Shown piece by piece: positions 10,843 to 23,564 of a stretch of 64,000 nucleotides of DNA. The stretch spans positions 7,612 through 71,611 of the forward strand of contig CAZKFT010000006.1 of assembly GCA_964552205.1 (NCBI GenBank). Reading direction: 5' to 3'. The stretch is from an uncultured Gammaproteobacteria bacterium (GTDB taxonomy: Bacteria; Pseudomonadota; Gammaproteobacteria; Natronospirales; JAIVGZ01). Below the pieces are notes generated by a model. The model saw nothing but the letters and a program-made list of their open reading frames with translations, had not been told where the DNA came from and did no database searches. The position numbers were made by a program, and so were the translations under genes. Position 1 is the first letter of the stretch; every line of letters begins with the position of its first letter.

Positions 10843-11636
10843 GTCGGGTCGATTCGTTTGGACATGAAGCGATAGAGTGGTGGACACAGGCGCTCGATCC
10901 ACGCAGCAAACACTTCCTTGCCGCCCACCCAGATCTCCGCGCGTTCGCGCCGCAACCCGCTGACGATTTTCTGCGCACAGTCATCCACATCCATGCCGCT
11001 TGCCTGGCCGGGGTCCATGACGCCGTGGGGGCTACCATCTGCAGCCAGCGCGTTGATGGATACATCGGTGTGAATGAATCCCGGGCACACCATGCAGACC
11101 TTTATTCCGTCCCGCCATATTTCCGAGCGCAAGGAGTCGAAAAAACCGTGCAGGGCATGCTTTGACGCAGCGTAGGATGTCCGCTTGGGCGTGCCTATAT
11201 GCCCGACGAGGCTGGTTACTGTCGCTATGGTGCCAAAGCCTTGCTGGCGCATGACCGGGAGCACTGCTTTGGTGAGGCTGATGGTCCCGATGAAATTCAC
11301 CTCCATCAACTTGCGGTCAACTTCAAGCACCGTCTCGGCGGCAAGTGAGCGCTGACTGATGCCGGCGTTGTTGAGCAACAAATCGATGGCGCCAAACTGC
11401 GCGACAACCTGGGCGACCGCCTCTGCATGACTGCCGGTGTCTTCAAGATCTAGCGGCAACACCATGACAGCGGCAGCCCCTGCATCGCGGCAGTCCATCG
11501 CGGTTTCCTGCAACTGTGCCTCCCTGCGTGCCGAAATCACCAAGCGTGCGCCTTCGTTGGCAAGTGCCCGGGCCAGTGCCGCCCCGATTCCAGCCGACGC
11601 ACCGGTCACCCAAATCACCTTGTCATTGAAATCCAT
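10839..11636 (-). CDS. SDR-family oxidoreductase (DHRS7-like, not FabG)
   Basis: TGASAGIGAALA Rossmann motif and YAASK catalytic motif. Starts 3 nt after the gspF stop on the same strand. Confidence 0.8.
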   Translation of the reverse strand: MDFNDKVIWVTGASAGIGAALARALANEGARLVISARREAQLQETAMDCRDAGAAAVMVLPLDLEDTGSHAEAVAQVVAQFGAIDLLLNNAGISQRSLAAETVLEVDRKLMEVNFIGTISLTKAVLPVMRQQGFGTIATVTSLVGHIGTPKRTSYAASKHALHGFFDSLRSEIWRDGIKVCMVCPGFIHTDVSINALAADGSPHGVMDPGQASGMDVDDCAQKIVSGLRRERAEIWVGGKEVFAAWIERLCPPLYRFMSKRIDPT

Positions 11637-11639
11637 CGC

Positions 11640-12854
11640 TCACCGGATCATCTGGTTGAAATCAAGTATGGGCAACAACACTGCAAGCACGATGACCAGC
11701 ACGATGGCGCCCATGAGAAGAATGAGACCAGGGCCGAGTAAGGCCATCATGCCGTCCAGCGATGCCTTCATCTCGCGTTCCTGAGCGTTCGATGCGCGTT
11801 CAAGCATTTCCCCCAGGCGGCCGGATGACTCGCCAGAGGCAATCAGGTGAATGGTGAGAGGCGGGAACAGGCCGCTGGCATCCAGCGAACGCGCAATTGG
11901 AGCACCCTCGCGTACACGAACTGCAGCTTCTTCTACCGCGGCACGCATGGGAAGGTTGGACACTGTTGCGGCGCTGATGTTCAAACCATCCAGGACCGGC
12001 ACACCCGCGCTCGAGAGGATGGAAAATGTGCGTGCGAAGCGCGCAGCATTCAGGCCCCTGACCATCCGGGCAGTCAACGGCAATCGCAACAGCAGTGCAT
12101 GCATCTTCCAGCGGAACGCCTTCTCCTTCAGTGCGCGCACGAACGCAATCGTGCCGATGCCCAGAGCGACCAACACCCAGATGCCCCAGGTTCGGATGAA
12201 GTCCGATAACGCGATGAGTGCGACAGTGAGAAACGGCAGGTCACGATCCATATTGTCGAAGACCGCTACCACCTGGGGAACCACATAGGCGAGCAATACA
12301 GCTGTCACCAGGATTGTCAGCGTGGTCAGGATTATCGGGTAGTACATGGCCGCACGCAGCTGTTCTTGCAGGACTTGGCGGCTTTCAGTCCAGTCAGCCA
12401 ATCGCTCAAGTACGATATCCAGTTTTCCGGATTGTTCTCCAGCGGCGACTGTCGCGCGGTAGATATCCGGAAATGCCCTCGGGAAATCGCTGAGACCATC
12501 CGCCAAAGTGTGACCTTCCATGATCCTCGCACGCACCGCGAGCAGGATTCCCTGCAGGCGTTCACTTTCGGTCTGTTGGGAAGCGGCCTGCAGCGCTTCC
12601 TCTAGCGGTAACGCGGCCCTGACGAGCGTGGCCAGTTGGCGGGTGACTATGGCAAGTTGATTGGCCGATACAGCGCGCGTGAGTGAAATACCGCTACGTC
12701 TCTCAGAGCGCTTTCGTGTGACCTCGTTGACTTCCAGTGGTGACAGGCCACGGTCCCGCAGTTGACTACGGGCATGTCGTGGGGAATCACCTTCTAGGAC
12801 CCCGCGTATCTGGCGTCCATCCGCCGTTGCAGCAAGGTACTCGAAGGCCGGCAT
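11640..12854 (-). CDS. gspF: Type II secretion system inner-membrane platform protein GspF
   Basis: 404 aa. Duplicated GspF/PilC-type domain, polytopic. Follows gspE with a 1-nt overlap. Confidence 0.9.
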   Translation of the reverse strand: MPAFEYLAATADGRQIRGVLEGDSPRHARSQLRDRGLSPLEVNEVTRKRSERRSGISLTRAVSANQLAIVTRQLATLVRAALPLEEALQAASQQTESERLQGILLAVRARIMEGHTLADGLSDFPRAFPDIYRATVAAGEQSGKLDIVLERLADWTESRQVLQEQLRAAMYYPIILTTLTILVTAVLLAYVVPQVVAVFDNMDRDLPFLTVALIALSDFIRTWGIWVLVALGIGTIAFVRALKEKAFRWKMHALLLRLPLTARMVRGLNAARFARTFSILSSAGVPVLDGLNISAATVSNLPMRAAVEEAAVRVREGAPIARSLDASGLFPPLTIHLIASGESSGRLGEMLERASNAQEREMKASLDGMMALLGPGLILLMGAIVLVIVLAVLLPILDFNQMIR

Positions 12855-14332
12855 CAGTCGACCTGCGTCACCCGCAGGACCTCTTCGAGGGTGGTCTCGC
12901 CTGCGAGCACCCGGCGGCGGCCATCCTCGCGGATTCCAGGACCCTGCGTGCGGGCATGCCGTTCGAGTGACTGCTCGCTGGCGCCATCGTGAATCATCGT
13001 GCGCATGGTGTCGTCCACCATGACCAGTTCATAAATGCCACTGCGCCCTCGGAACCCCGTGCTTGCGCAGCGGTCGCATCCTACCGCGTGGAAAATTGTT
13101 GGGGATTCCCCGGGCTGCAAGCCAAGGAGCTGGGCTTCGCGTTCGGTCACCGGTGCACCGAGACGGCACTCGGGGCACAGCATACGCACCAGACGCTGCG
13201 CCAGAAGCCCGACCAGCGAGCTCGACAGGAGGAAGGGCTCTACACCCATATCCCGGAGCCGGGTGATTGCGCCAACCGCAGAGTTTGTGTGCAATGTGGA
13301 CAAGACTTGGTGGCCCGTCAGTGAAGCTTGCACGGCAATTTCGGCAGTCTCCAAGTCCCGTATCTCACCGACCATCACCACATCGGGATCCTGACGCAGT
13401 ATGGCACGGAGGCCGCGTGCAAACGTCATATCCACTCGGGTGTTCACCTGGGTCTGACCAATGCCGTCGATGAAGTATTCGATCGGGTCTTCGACCGTCA
13501 TGATATTGCGACTGTGGTCATTCAATCGCGCTAATGCCGCGTACAGGGTTGTTGTCTTACCCGATCCGGTGGGTCCGGTGACCAGAATGATGCCATGCGG
13601 CTTACGGATGAGTTCGTCGATTCCAGCCTGCTGCGGCTTGGCCATGCCGAGCTGCTCCAGATGCAACCGACCAGCCTGTTTGTCGAGCAGGCGAAGCACC
13701 ACGCGCTCTCCGTGGCCGGAGGGCAAGGTGGACACACGGACATCCACAGGTCGGCCAGCAACGCGTAGCGAAATGCGTCCGTCTTGCGGTAAGCGCTTCT
13801 CGGCAATATCAAGCTTGGCCATGACCTTGATACGAGACACGATGAGGGGTGCCAGCATGCGCTTCGGCGCAAGCACCTCGCGCAAGACACCATCCACACG
13901 CATTCGTACGACCAAGCGGTTCTCGAAAGGTTCTACATGGATGTCAGAGGCATTGGTCTTCACCGCTTCGGTGAGTAGTGCATTGATGAGACGGATAATG
14001 GGCGCATCATCCTGGCTTTCCAGCAGGTCTTCCGGCTCTCCGAGCGCCTCGGCCGCACGAGCGAGGTCGAAATCTTCGTCCATTTCGTCAACCGCTGCCT
14101 GCGCGCCTGCTGCACCTGTTTCATAGGAGGACTGCAACAGGCGTTCGAACTCTTCGTCGCTGACACAAGCCGGGTGTACCGGACGCGCTCCAGCCGAACG
14201 CTGGACTTCAAGCAGGGCTTCCGCGGTAACGGCGTTGCGGTGGGCGATATCCACGCCGTGCTCACCGACACGGGTAATCAGAACCCCGTGACGCTTGGCG
14301 AAGGCGTAGGGAAGACGGAAGGCGGCGTCCAT
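12854..14332 (-). CDS. gspE: Type II secretion ATPase GspE
   Basis: Walker [10 protein letters not shown], Asp/His boxes, tetracysteine CPEC...CDRC. N-terminal N1E-like domain. Confidence 0.9.
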   Translation of the reverse strand: MDAAFRLPYAFAKRHGVLITRVGEHGVDIAHRNAVTAEALLEVQRSAGARPVHPACVSDEEFERLLQSSYETGAAGAQAAVDEMDEDFDLARAAEALGEPEDLLESQDDAPIIRLINALLTEAVKTNASDIHVEPFENRLVVRMRVDGVLREVLAPKRMLAPLIVSRIKVMAKLDIAEKRLPQDGRISLRVAGRPVDVRVSTLPSGHGERVVLRLLDKQAGRLHLEQLGMAKPQQAGIDELIRKPHGIILVTGPTGSGKTTTLYAALARLNDHSRNIMTVEDPIEYFIDGIGQTQVNTRVDMTFARGLRAILRQDPDVVMVGEIRDLETAEIAVQASLTGHQVLSTLHTNSAVGAITRLRDMGVEPFLLSSSLVGLLAQRLVRMLCPECRLGAPVTEREAQLLGLQPGESPTIFHAVGCDRCASTGFRGRSGIYELVMVDDTMRTMIHDGASEQSLERHARTQGPGIREDGRRRVLAGETTLEEVLRVTQVD

Positions 14333-16269
14333 CAGTTCCCTGAAGGCGGGTCTATCGGGGGTAGGCGAGGACGCTCGGACTCGGGCATCAGCGGTACCCG
14401 TTCGCCTTCCAGTTCCTCCTGCAGGCGCCGCATCTGTTGGTAGCGCTGGTTGGTGTGGTAGTTCGCGCTTTCTGCATCCCGCAGAATCTGTGGACGCAGA
14501 AACACCATCAAGGTCCGCTTGACCGTACTGGTACGCTGGTAGCGGAACGCATGTCCCAGAATGGGAATGCTGCCAAGAATCGGCACACGCTCTTGATTGG
14601 ATTGCAGGCTGTCGTCCATCAGGCCGCCCAGAACGATGATGTCTCCATCCTCGACGATGACCCGAGTATTGATTTCGCGCTTGTTGGTCACAAGATCAAC
14701 GGCGCCTACCGGCGCCTGCGTGAGACTCGATACTTCGGACTGAATCAGCATTTGAACGGCGTTGCCCTCGTTGATTTTGGGCGTGATGGTCAGACGCAGA
14801 CCGACGTCCTCACGATTGATGGTCTGGAAAGGGTTCACCTGGCCTGTGCCGGTACCAGTACCGGTGTACTGGCCGGAAACGAACGGGACTGTCTGGCCCA
14901 CATTGATGTAGGCCTCTTCGTTGTCCATCGCGACGAGGTGTGGTGTGGAAAGGATGTTGGTATTTGCGTCACCGGCCAGCGCACGTAATAGCGCGCCAAA
15001 ACTCGTGCCGCCGCTGCGGATGCGACCGATTCCAAGGGTCAAGCCGTCTGGGGCGGTCACGCTGGCAGGATCGCGTGCGGTCTGGATGATACCGGTTCCC
15101 CCGCGTCCAAAATTGATGACCGCAGCAGCATCACGACCGCCGTCGCGAGGATCCACCGCCCATTGCACTCCGAATTCCGCAGACCTATCGTTGGTGACCT
15201 CGACGATGATGGCCTCCACGAGCACCTGCGCACGACGGATATCAAGTTGCTCAATGATCGAGCGAATGCTGCGCATGGCGCTTGGTGGTGCAGTAATGAC
15301 AAGTGCATTCGTGGCGACATCCGGCAGGATGCTGACATTCTCGCGAGAGGTGGCACCGCCTGCCGCAGCGCCGCTGCTGCTTGCAGCCGCTCGGACCTCC
15401 GCGTAACCACGGAGCAGTTCGGCAATGCTCTCGGCATCGCCGTAGCGCAGATAAACAACCTGAGTGGCGCCGTCGGATTCCAAGGGTGTATCCAGATGGG
15501 CCAGTAGCGCACGCAGCCTTAAACGTTGTGTACGGTCGCCACCCAGCAGGACACTGTTTGTGCGTTCGTCCGCGACAAGGGAGGGTGCGGACATCCCTTC
15601 GCCGCGTTGCTGACCTTGCATCAGGGCCTGCATCAGTCTGACCATCTCTGAGGCGCTGGCGTGTTGGAGTCTGATGACTTCCACTTCCTGGTCGCCAGCG
15701 AGGTCGATGCGCCGGACAATGGCAACCACTCGATCCACATTTCCCGCCCGGTCCGAGACAATCAGCATATTGGAAGGTCCAAACGCCGCGACAGTTCCGA
15801 ATTGAGGTAACAACGGGCGCAACACAGGCACGAGCTGGGCGGCAGGCACGTTTTGAACTTCTATGACCTGGGTGACAATTTCGTCATCGGGTCGGGTGAA
15901 TGGCTGGGCAATATCCGCGCTGCCAACATGCCTGCCGGTCGCTTCAGGGACGATTCGGATAACCTCACCGCTTTCAACCGCCACGAAGCCGTGGACCTGC
16001 AGTACAGAGAGAAACGTCTGGTAGAGAGCCTCGGCAGAGAGCGGTTTCGCCGAGATGACGGTTACACGTGCACGCACCCGTTGGTCAACGACAAAATTCC
16101 TGCCAGTGACCTCGGATACCATCGCAATGACTTCTACGATATCGGCATCCTTCAGGTTCAAGGTGATACTTGCATCGTCATTTCGAGCCTGCGCCAGCCC
16201 TGCAGCAAGCATGACGGCCAGGGTGATCACGAAGCATTTGAGGCTTTTCATGTAGTTCGTAGTTCCCAA
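14332..16269 (-). CDS. gspD: Type II secretion secretin GspD
   Basis: Signal peptide, N0-N3 domains and a secretin C-domain ([14 protein letters not shown]). The start could be TTG 16269 or ATG 16251. Confidence 0.9.
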   Translation of the reverse strand: MGTTNYMKSLKCFVITLAVMLAAGLAQARNDDASITLNLKDADIVEVIAMVSEVTGRNFVVDQRVRARVTVISAKPLSAEALYQTFLSVLQVHGFVAVESGEVIRIVPEATGRHVGSADIAQPFTRPDDEIVTQVIEVQNVPAAQLVPVLRPLLPQFGTVAAFGPSNMLIVSDRAGNVDRVVAIVRRIDLAGDQEVEVIRLQHASASEMVRLMQALMQGQQRGEGMSAPSLVADERTNSVLLGGDRTQRLRLRALLAHLDTPLESDGATQVVYLRYGDAESIAELLRGYAEVRAAASSSGAAAGGATSRENVSILPDVATNALVITAPPSAMRSIRSIIEQLDIRRAQVLVEAIIVEVTNDRSAEFGVQWAVDPRDGGRDAAAVINFGRGGTGIIQTARDPASVTAPDGLTLGIGRIRSGGTSFGALLRALAGDANTNILSTPHLVAMDNEEAYINVGQTVPFVSGQYTGTGTGTGQVNPFQTINREDVGLRLTITPKINEGNAVQMLIQSEVSSLTQAPVGAVDLVTNKREINTRVIVEDGDIIVLGGLMDDSLQSNQERVPILGSIPILGHAFRYQRTSTVKRTLMVFLRPQILRDAESANYHTNQRYQQMRRLQEELEGERVPLMPESERPRLPPIDPPSGN

Positions 16270-16270
16270 T

Positions 16271-17062
16271 CTATTGCTCCAGACGCAGGGTCAGGTTTTC
16301 AACCTGCCCCCCACGCTCCAGCGTCACTGTGACCTGGTCGCTGCCGGCGATGGCCTGCAGGGCTTCCATGCTTGTCACCGGGTCAGTCAGCGACACACCA
16401 TTAATCGCGGTGACCAAATCCCCGGCTCGTAGTCCCAACGAGGCGAAGCGTTGGCGATCGCGACCAGGGTACATTCTGTAGCCGCGCAACTGCCCATCCG
16501 ACAAAACCGCTTGGGGGCGTACCACCTCGGCAAGTTGCTCAACGCCGACCGTCGCGGACTGCTCCTCGAAATTGTCCAGAACCCTCGTCGTCTGGGCCGC
16601 CGGGCTGGCCGTGCCAGCTGGCATCCCATGGCGAGGGAGGCGCAGCGTTTCAAGCGTACCACGGCGGTTCAGTAATACGCGGTCCGGCAGGACTTCGTGG
16701 ACTGTAGCTCCACCTGGAACGGATGTGCCTACCGCGTAGACCTTTTCCACGCCATCAGGGCCTGCAATCAGCGCCCTGGAAGATGTTGGCTCTGTGGCAG
16801 ACGCAATCCCACGCAGGGTCAGGTTCAGCCGGGTGTCAGGCGCATCATGGCGGGCGGGGGCGGGGGCTTCCCCGGATTGGCCGAACAGGTGTCTGGCTAC
16901 AATGGCCTCGGCATCGGTCGCCGGTGCAGGGGATATCGGAGGTGGCGTGGCGACCCCTTGCTCAGCCTGTCTGGGCGCGACGCTCTTCCAGACGAGGGTG
17001 GCGAGCTGGTGTCCGATCAGGATGACCAGGAGCAGCGACAACAGCATCGGGCGCACTTCCAT
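16271..17062 (-). CDS. gspC: Type II secretion protein GspC (N-terminal TM, C-terminal PDZ)
   Basis: Single N-terminal TM helix. PDZ-like C-terminus (GLRAGDLVTAINGVSL). Position directly upstream of gspD. Confidence 0.75.
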   Translation of the reverse strand: MEVRPMLLSLLLVILIGHQLATLVWKSVAPRQAEQGVATPPPISPAPATDAEAIVARHLFGQSGEAPAPARHDAPDTRLNLTLRGIASATEPTSSRALIAGPDGVEKVYAVGTSVPGGATVHEVLPDRVLLNRRGTLETLRLPRHGMPAGTASPAAQTTRVLDNFEEQSATVGVEQLAEVVRPQAVLSDGQLRGYRMYPGRDRQRFASLGLRAGDLVTAINGVSLTDPVTSMEALQAIAGSDQVTVTLERGGQVENLTLRLEQ

Positions 17063-17129
17063 TGGCGCAATCTAATCAGCTTGGGGTCGGGGGCGCAACA
17101 ACTGGCGACGTCCTGCATAATTGATGGCC

Positions 17130-17929
17130 ATGAACTTCAAGTTGTCCATCCGGGTTGCTATCAGTGCAGTCCTGTTCTTTCTGGCGTTTTTCGTAGCCCG
17201 TGGAGCGGTTGGAATATATCGCCTATGACCCCCGATTGGGCCTGTCCCTTGAGAACCTGCCCGACGAGCGCATCGTTATCGTCGACATCGACGAACGGAG
17301 CCTTGCAGCGGAAGGACAGTGGCCGTGGCCCCGGGCACGCCTTGCTGAGCTCATGGATGCCTTGTTCGACGAATATGCGGTTCTGGCGCTAGGCATCGAT
17401 GTCGCTTGGCCCGAGCCGGAACGCACAGCCGCATCCAGCCTCATTGACCGAATTGAGGAGCTTTTGGATTCGCAGGGTATCAACCTGCCATTGGGCAGCA
17501 TACGCGCCGCCGTAGAGGGAGATTATCGGCTCGCTGCCAGTATCGGAGGGCGCGAGCGCTGAACGCGGGCTATTTCAGCCAAGCATCGGAATCCATGGAC
17601 AGCGATGGGGTCTACCGTCGCATGAGCATGCTTCAGGCCTACGAGGGAGATATCTATCGACTATGTGTCGGCTACGGATGTCCTGACAGGTGTAGCAACG
17701 ATGGGCGCAACTGCACCCTGATGTCCAGAGTGAACTCGATATGCTGAAGCTTGCGTTCGCTGAGTACCGAGCAGCCAACTGGCAGAAAGCCAAGGCCTTG
17801 TTCCAGCAACTGAATTCTCTGGCCCCGGACGACGGACTTTATCTGTTGTATATCAAACGGATTGAATACTTCGAGCGCAACCCTCCAGCGGGAGATTGGG
17901 ACGGGGTGTTCACGCACGAGACCAAGTGA
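17130..17929 (+). pseudogene. Decayed CHASE2-domain adenylate/guanylate cyclase (frameshifts plus a large internal deletion)
   Basis: TM start MNFKLSIRVAISAVLFFLAFFVA is in frame 0. CHASE2-like pieces follow in frame 1 (17200-17562), frame 0 (NAGYFSQ..DSDGVYRRMSMLQ) and frame 1 (SIDYVSATDVLTG). A cyclase-type C-terminal tail is in frame 2 (..WDGVFTHETK). Only ~0.8 kb remains. Confidence 0.7.
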
Positions 17930-17947
17930 TTGGAGTAACATTCACCC

Positions 17948-18277
17948 ATGGGTAAGAACGAACAAAACTCCGATCACAGTCCAGAGCACGGCATTGCCGT
18001 CGACGAGGCACGTCCAGCCGTCAAGCGCCCGCCGATGTACAAGGTGGTCTTGCTGAATGACGACTACACGCCGATGGAATTCGTGGTTGAGGTCCTGGAG
18101 CGTTTTTTCCGCATGGACCGCACCAAGGCCACGCAGGTGATGCTGCACGTACACACCCGAGGCAAGGGTGTGTGCGGTGTGTTCACCTATGAGATTGCAG
18201 AAACCAAAGTTGCGATGGTCAACCAGTACTCGCGCGATCACCAGCACCCACTGTTGTGCACCATGGAGGAAGCCTGA
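17948..18277 (+). CDS. clpS: ATP-dependent Clp protease adaptor ClpS
   Basis: [27 protein letters not shown] is the canonical ClpS core. SD GGAG lies upstream. Confidence 0.9.
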   Translation: MGKNEQNSDHSPEHGIAVDEARPAVKRPPMYKVVLLNDDYTPMEFVVEVLERFFRMDRTKATQVMLHVHTRGKGVCGVFTYEIAETKVAMVNQYSRDHQHPLLCTMEEA

Positions 18278-20536
18278 GTGTTGAGTCGTGAACTCGAGAC
18301 TTGTCTGTCGCATGCGTTCCGTGAGGCACGCGAGCGCCGCTATGAGTTCATGACCGTCGAGCACCTGTTGCTCGCATTGCTCGACACGGCGGAAGTGAGC
18401 GAGCTGTTGAAGTCCCTGGGTGCCGACATCGATTCACTCCGGAAGGAGTTGGATGGGTTCATCGAGGAAGTGACCCCGCTGCTCGGCGCGGATGAGGACA
18501 CGGATATCCAGCCGACGCTGGGTTTCCAGCGCGCACTTCAGCGTGCGGTGCACCACGTGCAGAATGCGGACAAGCGGGAAGTCACGCCGCTCAATGTCCT
18601 CGTCGCCATTTTTGCCGAGAAGGACTCCCACGCTGTCTATTTGTTGGGGCGTCAGGAAGTGTCCAGGTTGGATGTGGTGAATTACATCGCCCACGGCCTG
18701 ACCCGTCTGGATGATGACATCACACCGGGTGCGGTGGAATCGGATGAGGACGGTGAGGGGCGTCAAGACCCGGGTAAGAGTGCGCTGGAGTCTTACGCCA
18801 CCAACCTCAATGAACGCGCAAAGGAAGGCCGCATAGATCCGCTCATCGGTCGTGACAGCGAAATTCAACGCACGGTGCAGATTCTGTGCCGTCGGCGCAA
18901 AAACAATCCTCTTTTCGTGGGAGAAGCGGGTGTAGGCAAGACCGCACTGGCCGAAGGCCTCGCGCGCATGATTGTTGATGGAGAAGTGCCAGAGCTACTG
19001 ACAAACGCCACCGTGTATTCGCTGGACCTTGGAACACTCATTGCCGGAACCAAATATCGCGGCGATTTCGAGAAGCGTTTGAAAGCAGTACTGGCAGAGC
19101 TCAAGAAGGACCCGGACGCCATCCTGTTCATTGACGAGATCCACACCATCATTGGTGCGGGCGCGGCCTCTGGAGGCGTGATGGATGCCTCCAATCTCAT
19201 CAAACCCATGCTGGCGAACGGGGAGCTACGTTGCATCGGTTCAACGACCTACCATGAATACCGTGGCGTGTTCGAGAAGGACCGCGCGCTTGCGCGGCGA
19301 TTCCAGAAGATAGACATCGTTGAGCCGACCATCGAAGAGACGGTGGCCATACTCAAGGGCCTGCGGAGCAAGTTCGAGGAGCATCACAACGTCAAGTACC
19401 CGGTAAAGGTGCTACGTGCCGCCACCGAATTGGCTGCGCGCCACATCACAGACCGATTCCTTCCGGACAAGGCCATTGATGTCATCGATGAGGCCGGCGC
19501 GCAGATGCGTCTCCGACCGGAGAGCAAGAAGCGCAAGTCACTTTCAGTTGCCGATATCGAAGATGTGGTGTCTCGCATCGCGCGCATCCCGGCACGCCAG
19601 GTTTCGGTCTCAGACAAGGAAGCACTGCGCACCTTGGACCGTGACCTCAAACTTGTCATTTACGGTCAGGACAAGGCGGTGGACACGCTCGTCTCGGCAA
19701 TCCGCATGTCGCGTTCCGGACTCGGCAACCCCGACAAGCCCATCGGCTCGTTCCTGTTTGCGGGCCCGACCGGCGTTGGTAAGACCGAAGTGACTCGGCA
19801 ACTCGGCAAGATTCTCGGCATCGAGTGCCTACGTTTCGACATGTCCGAATACATGGAGAGACACACCGTTTCGCGCCTCATCGGCGCGCCGCCGGGTTAT
19901 GTGGGTTTCGACCAAGGGGGGCTTCTGACCGAGGCCGCGCTGAAACACCCCCACGCTGTCGTTCTGTTGGACGAGATCGAGAAGGCGCACCCGGAAGTGT
20001 TCAACATCCTCCTGCAGGTCATGGATCACGGCACGCTCACCGACAACAATGGTCGCAAGGCAGATTTCCGTAACATCATCCTGGTGATGACGACCAATGC
20101 CGGCGCGCAAGATATGAGCCGCGCCTCAATCGGTTTCACCGAGCAGAGCCACATGAGCGACAGTGGTGAGGCCATCAAGAAGATGTTTGCGCCGGAGTTC
20201 CGCAACCGTCTGGATGCCATCATCCAGTTCGCGCCATTGGATGAACGCACCATCCACAGTGTGGTCGACAAGTTCCTCATAGAGCTTGAAACACAGCTGG
20301 CTGAAAAGAAGGTTGAAATCGATGTGGACGAGGATGCCCGCGCCTGGATCGCGAAGCATGGTTACGACGTGACCATGGGTGCCCGCCCTATGGCACGCCT
20401 GATTCAGGAGCACATTCGCCGCCCGTTGGCAGAAGAGTTGCTTTTCGGAAAGCTGTCGCAAGGTGGTCTGGTCCGCGTCGGCGAGGCGGACGACAAGTTG
20501 ACCCTGGAAATCGAGTCCGCGACTGCGGAGGCCTGA
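18278..20536 (+). CDS. clpA: ATP-dependent Clp protease ATP-binding subunit ClpA
   Basis: GTG immediately after the clpS stop. Two AAA+ modules (GEAGVGKTA and GPTGVGKTE). Confidence 0.95.
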   Translation: MLSRELETCLSHAFREARERRYEFMTVEHLLLALLDTAEVSELLKSLGADIDSLRKELDGFIEEVTPLLGADEDTDIQPTLGFQRALQRAVHHVQNADKREVTPLNVLVAIFAEKDSHAVYLLGRQEVSRLDVVNYIAHGLTRLDDDITPGAVESDEDGEGRQDPGKSALESYATNLNERAKEGRIDPLIGRDSEIQRTVQILCRRRKNNPLFVGEAGVGKTALAEGLARMIVDGEVPELLTNATVYSLDLGTLIAGTKYRGDFEKRLKAVLAELKKDPDAILFIDEIHTIIGAGAASGGVMDASNLIKPMLANGELRCIGSTTYHEYRGVFEKDRALARRFQKIDIVEPTIEETVAILKGLRSKFEEHHNVKYPVKVLRAATELAARHITDRFLPDKAIDVIDEAGAQMRLRPESKKRKSLSVADIEDVVSRIARIPARQVSVSDKEALRTLDRDLKLVIYGQDKAVDTLVSAIRMSRSGLGNPDKPIGSFLFAGPTGVGKTEVTRQLGKILGIECLRFDMSEYMERHTVSRLIGAPPGYVGFDQGGLLTEAALKHPHAVVLLDEIEKAHPEVFNILLQVMDHGTLTDNNGRKADFRNIILVMTTNAGAQDMSRASIGFTEQSHMSDSGEAIKKMFAPEFRNRLDAIIQFAPLDERTIHSVVDKFLIELETQLAEKKVEIDVDEDARAWIAKHGYDVTMGARPMARLIQEHIRRPLAEELLFGKLSQGGLVRVGEADDKLTLEIESATAEA

Positions 20537-20755
20537 TCAGCGACCCCTGAAAGTGATGCGGCCCTTGCTGAGGTCGTACGGGGTGAGCTGCACGGTGACA
20601 CGATCACCAGTGAGGATGCGGATGTAGTGCTTGCGCATCTTTCCGGAGATGTGTGCGGTCACTACGTGACCGTTGTCCAGCGTGACGCGGAACATGGTAT
20701 TGGGCAGGGTCTCGGAGACCGTGCCTTCCATTTCAATGTGATCTTCTTTCGGCAT
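20537..20755 (-). CDS. infA: Translation initiation factor IF-1
   Basis: [24 protein letters not shown]...; 72 aa. Confidence 0.95.
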   Translation of the reverse strand: MPKEDHIEMEGTVSETLPNTMFRVTLDNGHVVTAHISGKMRKHYIRILTGDRVTVQLTPYDLSKGRITFRGR

Positions 20756-20787
20756 ATGCGGCGCGGATTCTGCACCACTTCCCGGTT

Positions 20788-21443
20788 TTATTCAACTTCT
20801 GCAGCAAGTCGCGCCAGAAAATCCGCCCTTGCCATTGGCGTGCCTCCCATGGATTCAAGGAAGGGGTTGGGCATCTGTCCGTCAATCAGGGTGAATCCAT
20901 CCCGCTTCAATTCTGCGGAGATCCAGGTGAGTGCAGCCTTGGAAGCATCGTCCACGCGGCTGAACATGGACTCGCCGCAGAAGATTCTTCCCATCGCCAG
21001 ACCATAAAGACCACCCACCAACTCACCTCGCAACCACACTTCCACCGAGTGGGCTTTGCCCAGCCAATGCAGTTCTCGGTAAGCGGCCTGCATCGCTGGT
21101 GTGATCCAAGTGCCCGAATTGGGGCGATCAGCGCAAGCAGAGATGACGCGGTCGAAGGCTTGGTTCATGGAGTATTCGAATCCCGCATGCTTGAGGCGTT
21201 TTCTCAACGAGCGGCCTATGTGCACTTCACACCGATCGAACACCATCCGTACCGGTGGGCACCACCACATGATGGGGTAGCCCTCATTGAACCAGGGGAA
21301 GATGCCGTGGCGATAGGCGGATATCAGGCGTTCCGGTGAGAGGTCACCGCCAATAGCGATGAGACCTTCGGGGTCGTCCAAAGCGCTGGCGGGAGGAGGC
21401 CAGGCATCCGGCGGCGACTCCGTGGTGAGGATGGTTGGCACTT

Positions 21444-21447
<4 letters not shown>
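20788..21447 (-). CDS. aat: Leucyl/phenylalanyl-tRNA--protein transferase
   Basis: [16 protein letters not shown] and GESMFS motifs. Located upstream of infA as in E. coli. Confidence 0.9.
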
Positions 21448-23536
<2,089 letters not shown>

Positions 23537-23564
23537 TTAACACTTCACCTGTTCAGGAGGCTGT

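Noticed and set aside
10839-11636. The SDR after fabH as the missing fabG.
   Set aside because: It is on the opposite strand and chained to gspF. At 265 aa it has a DHRS7-like C-terminal extension, and its N-terminus does not match FabG.
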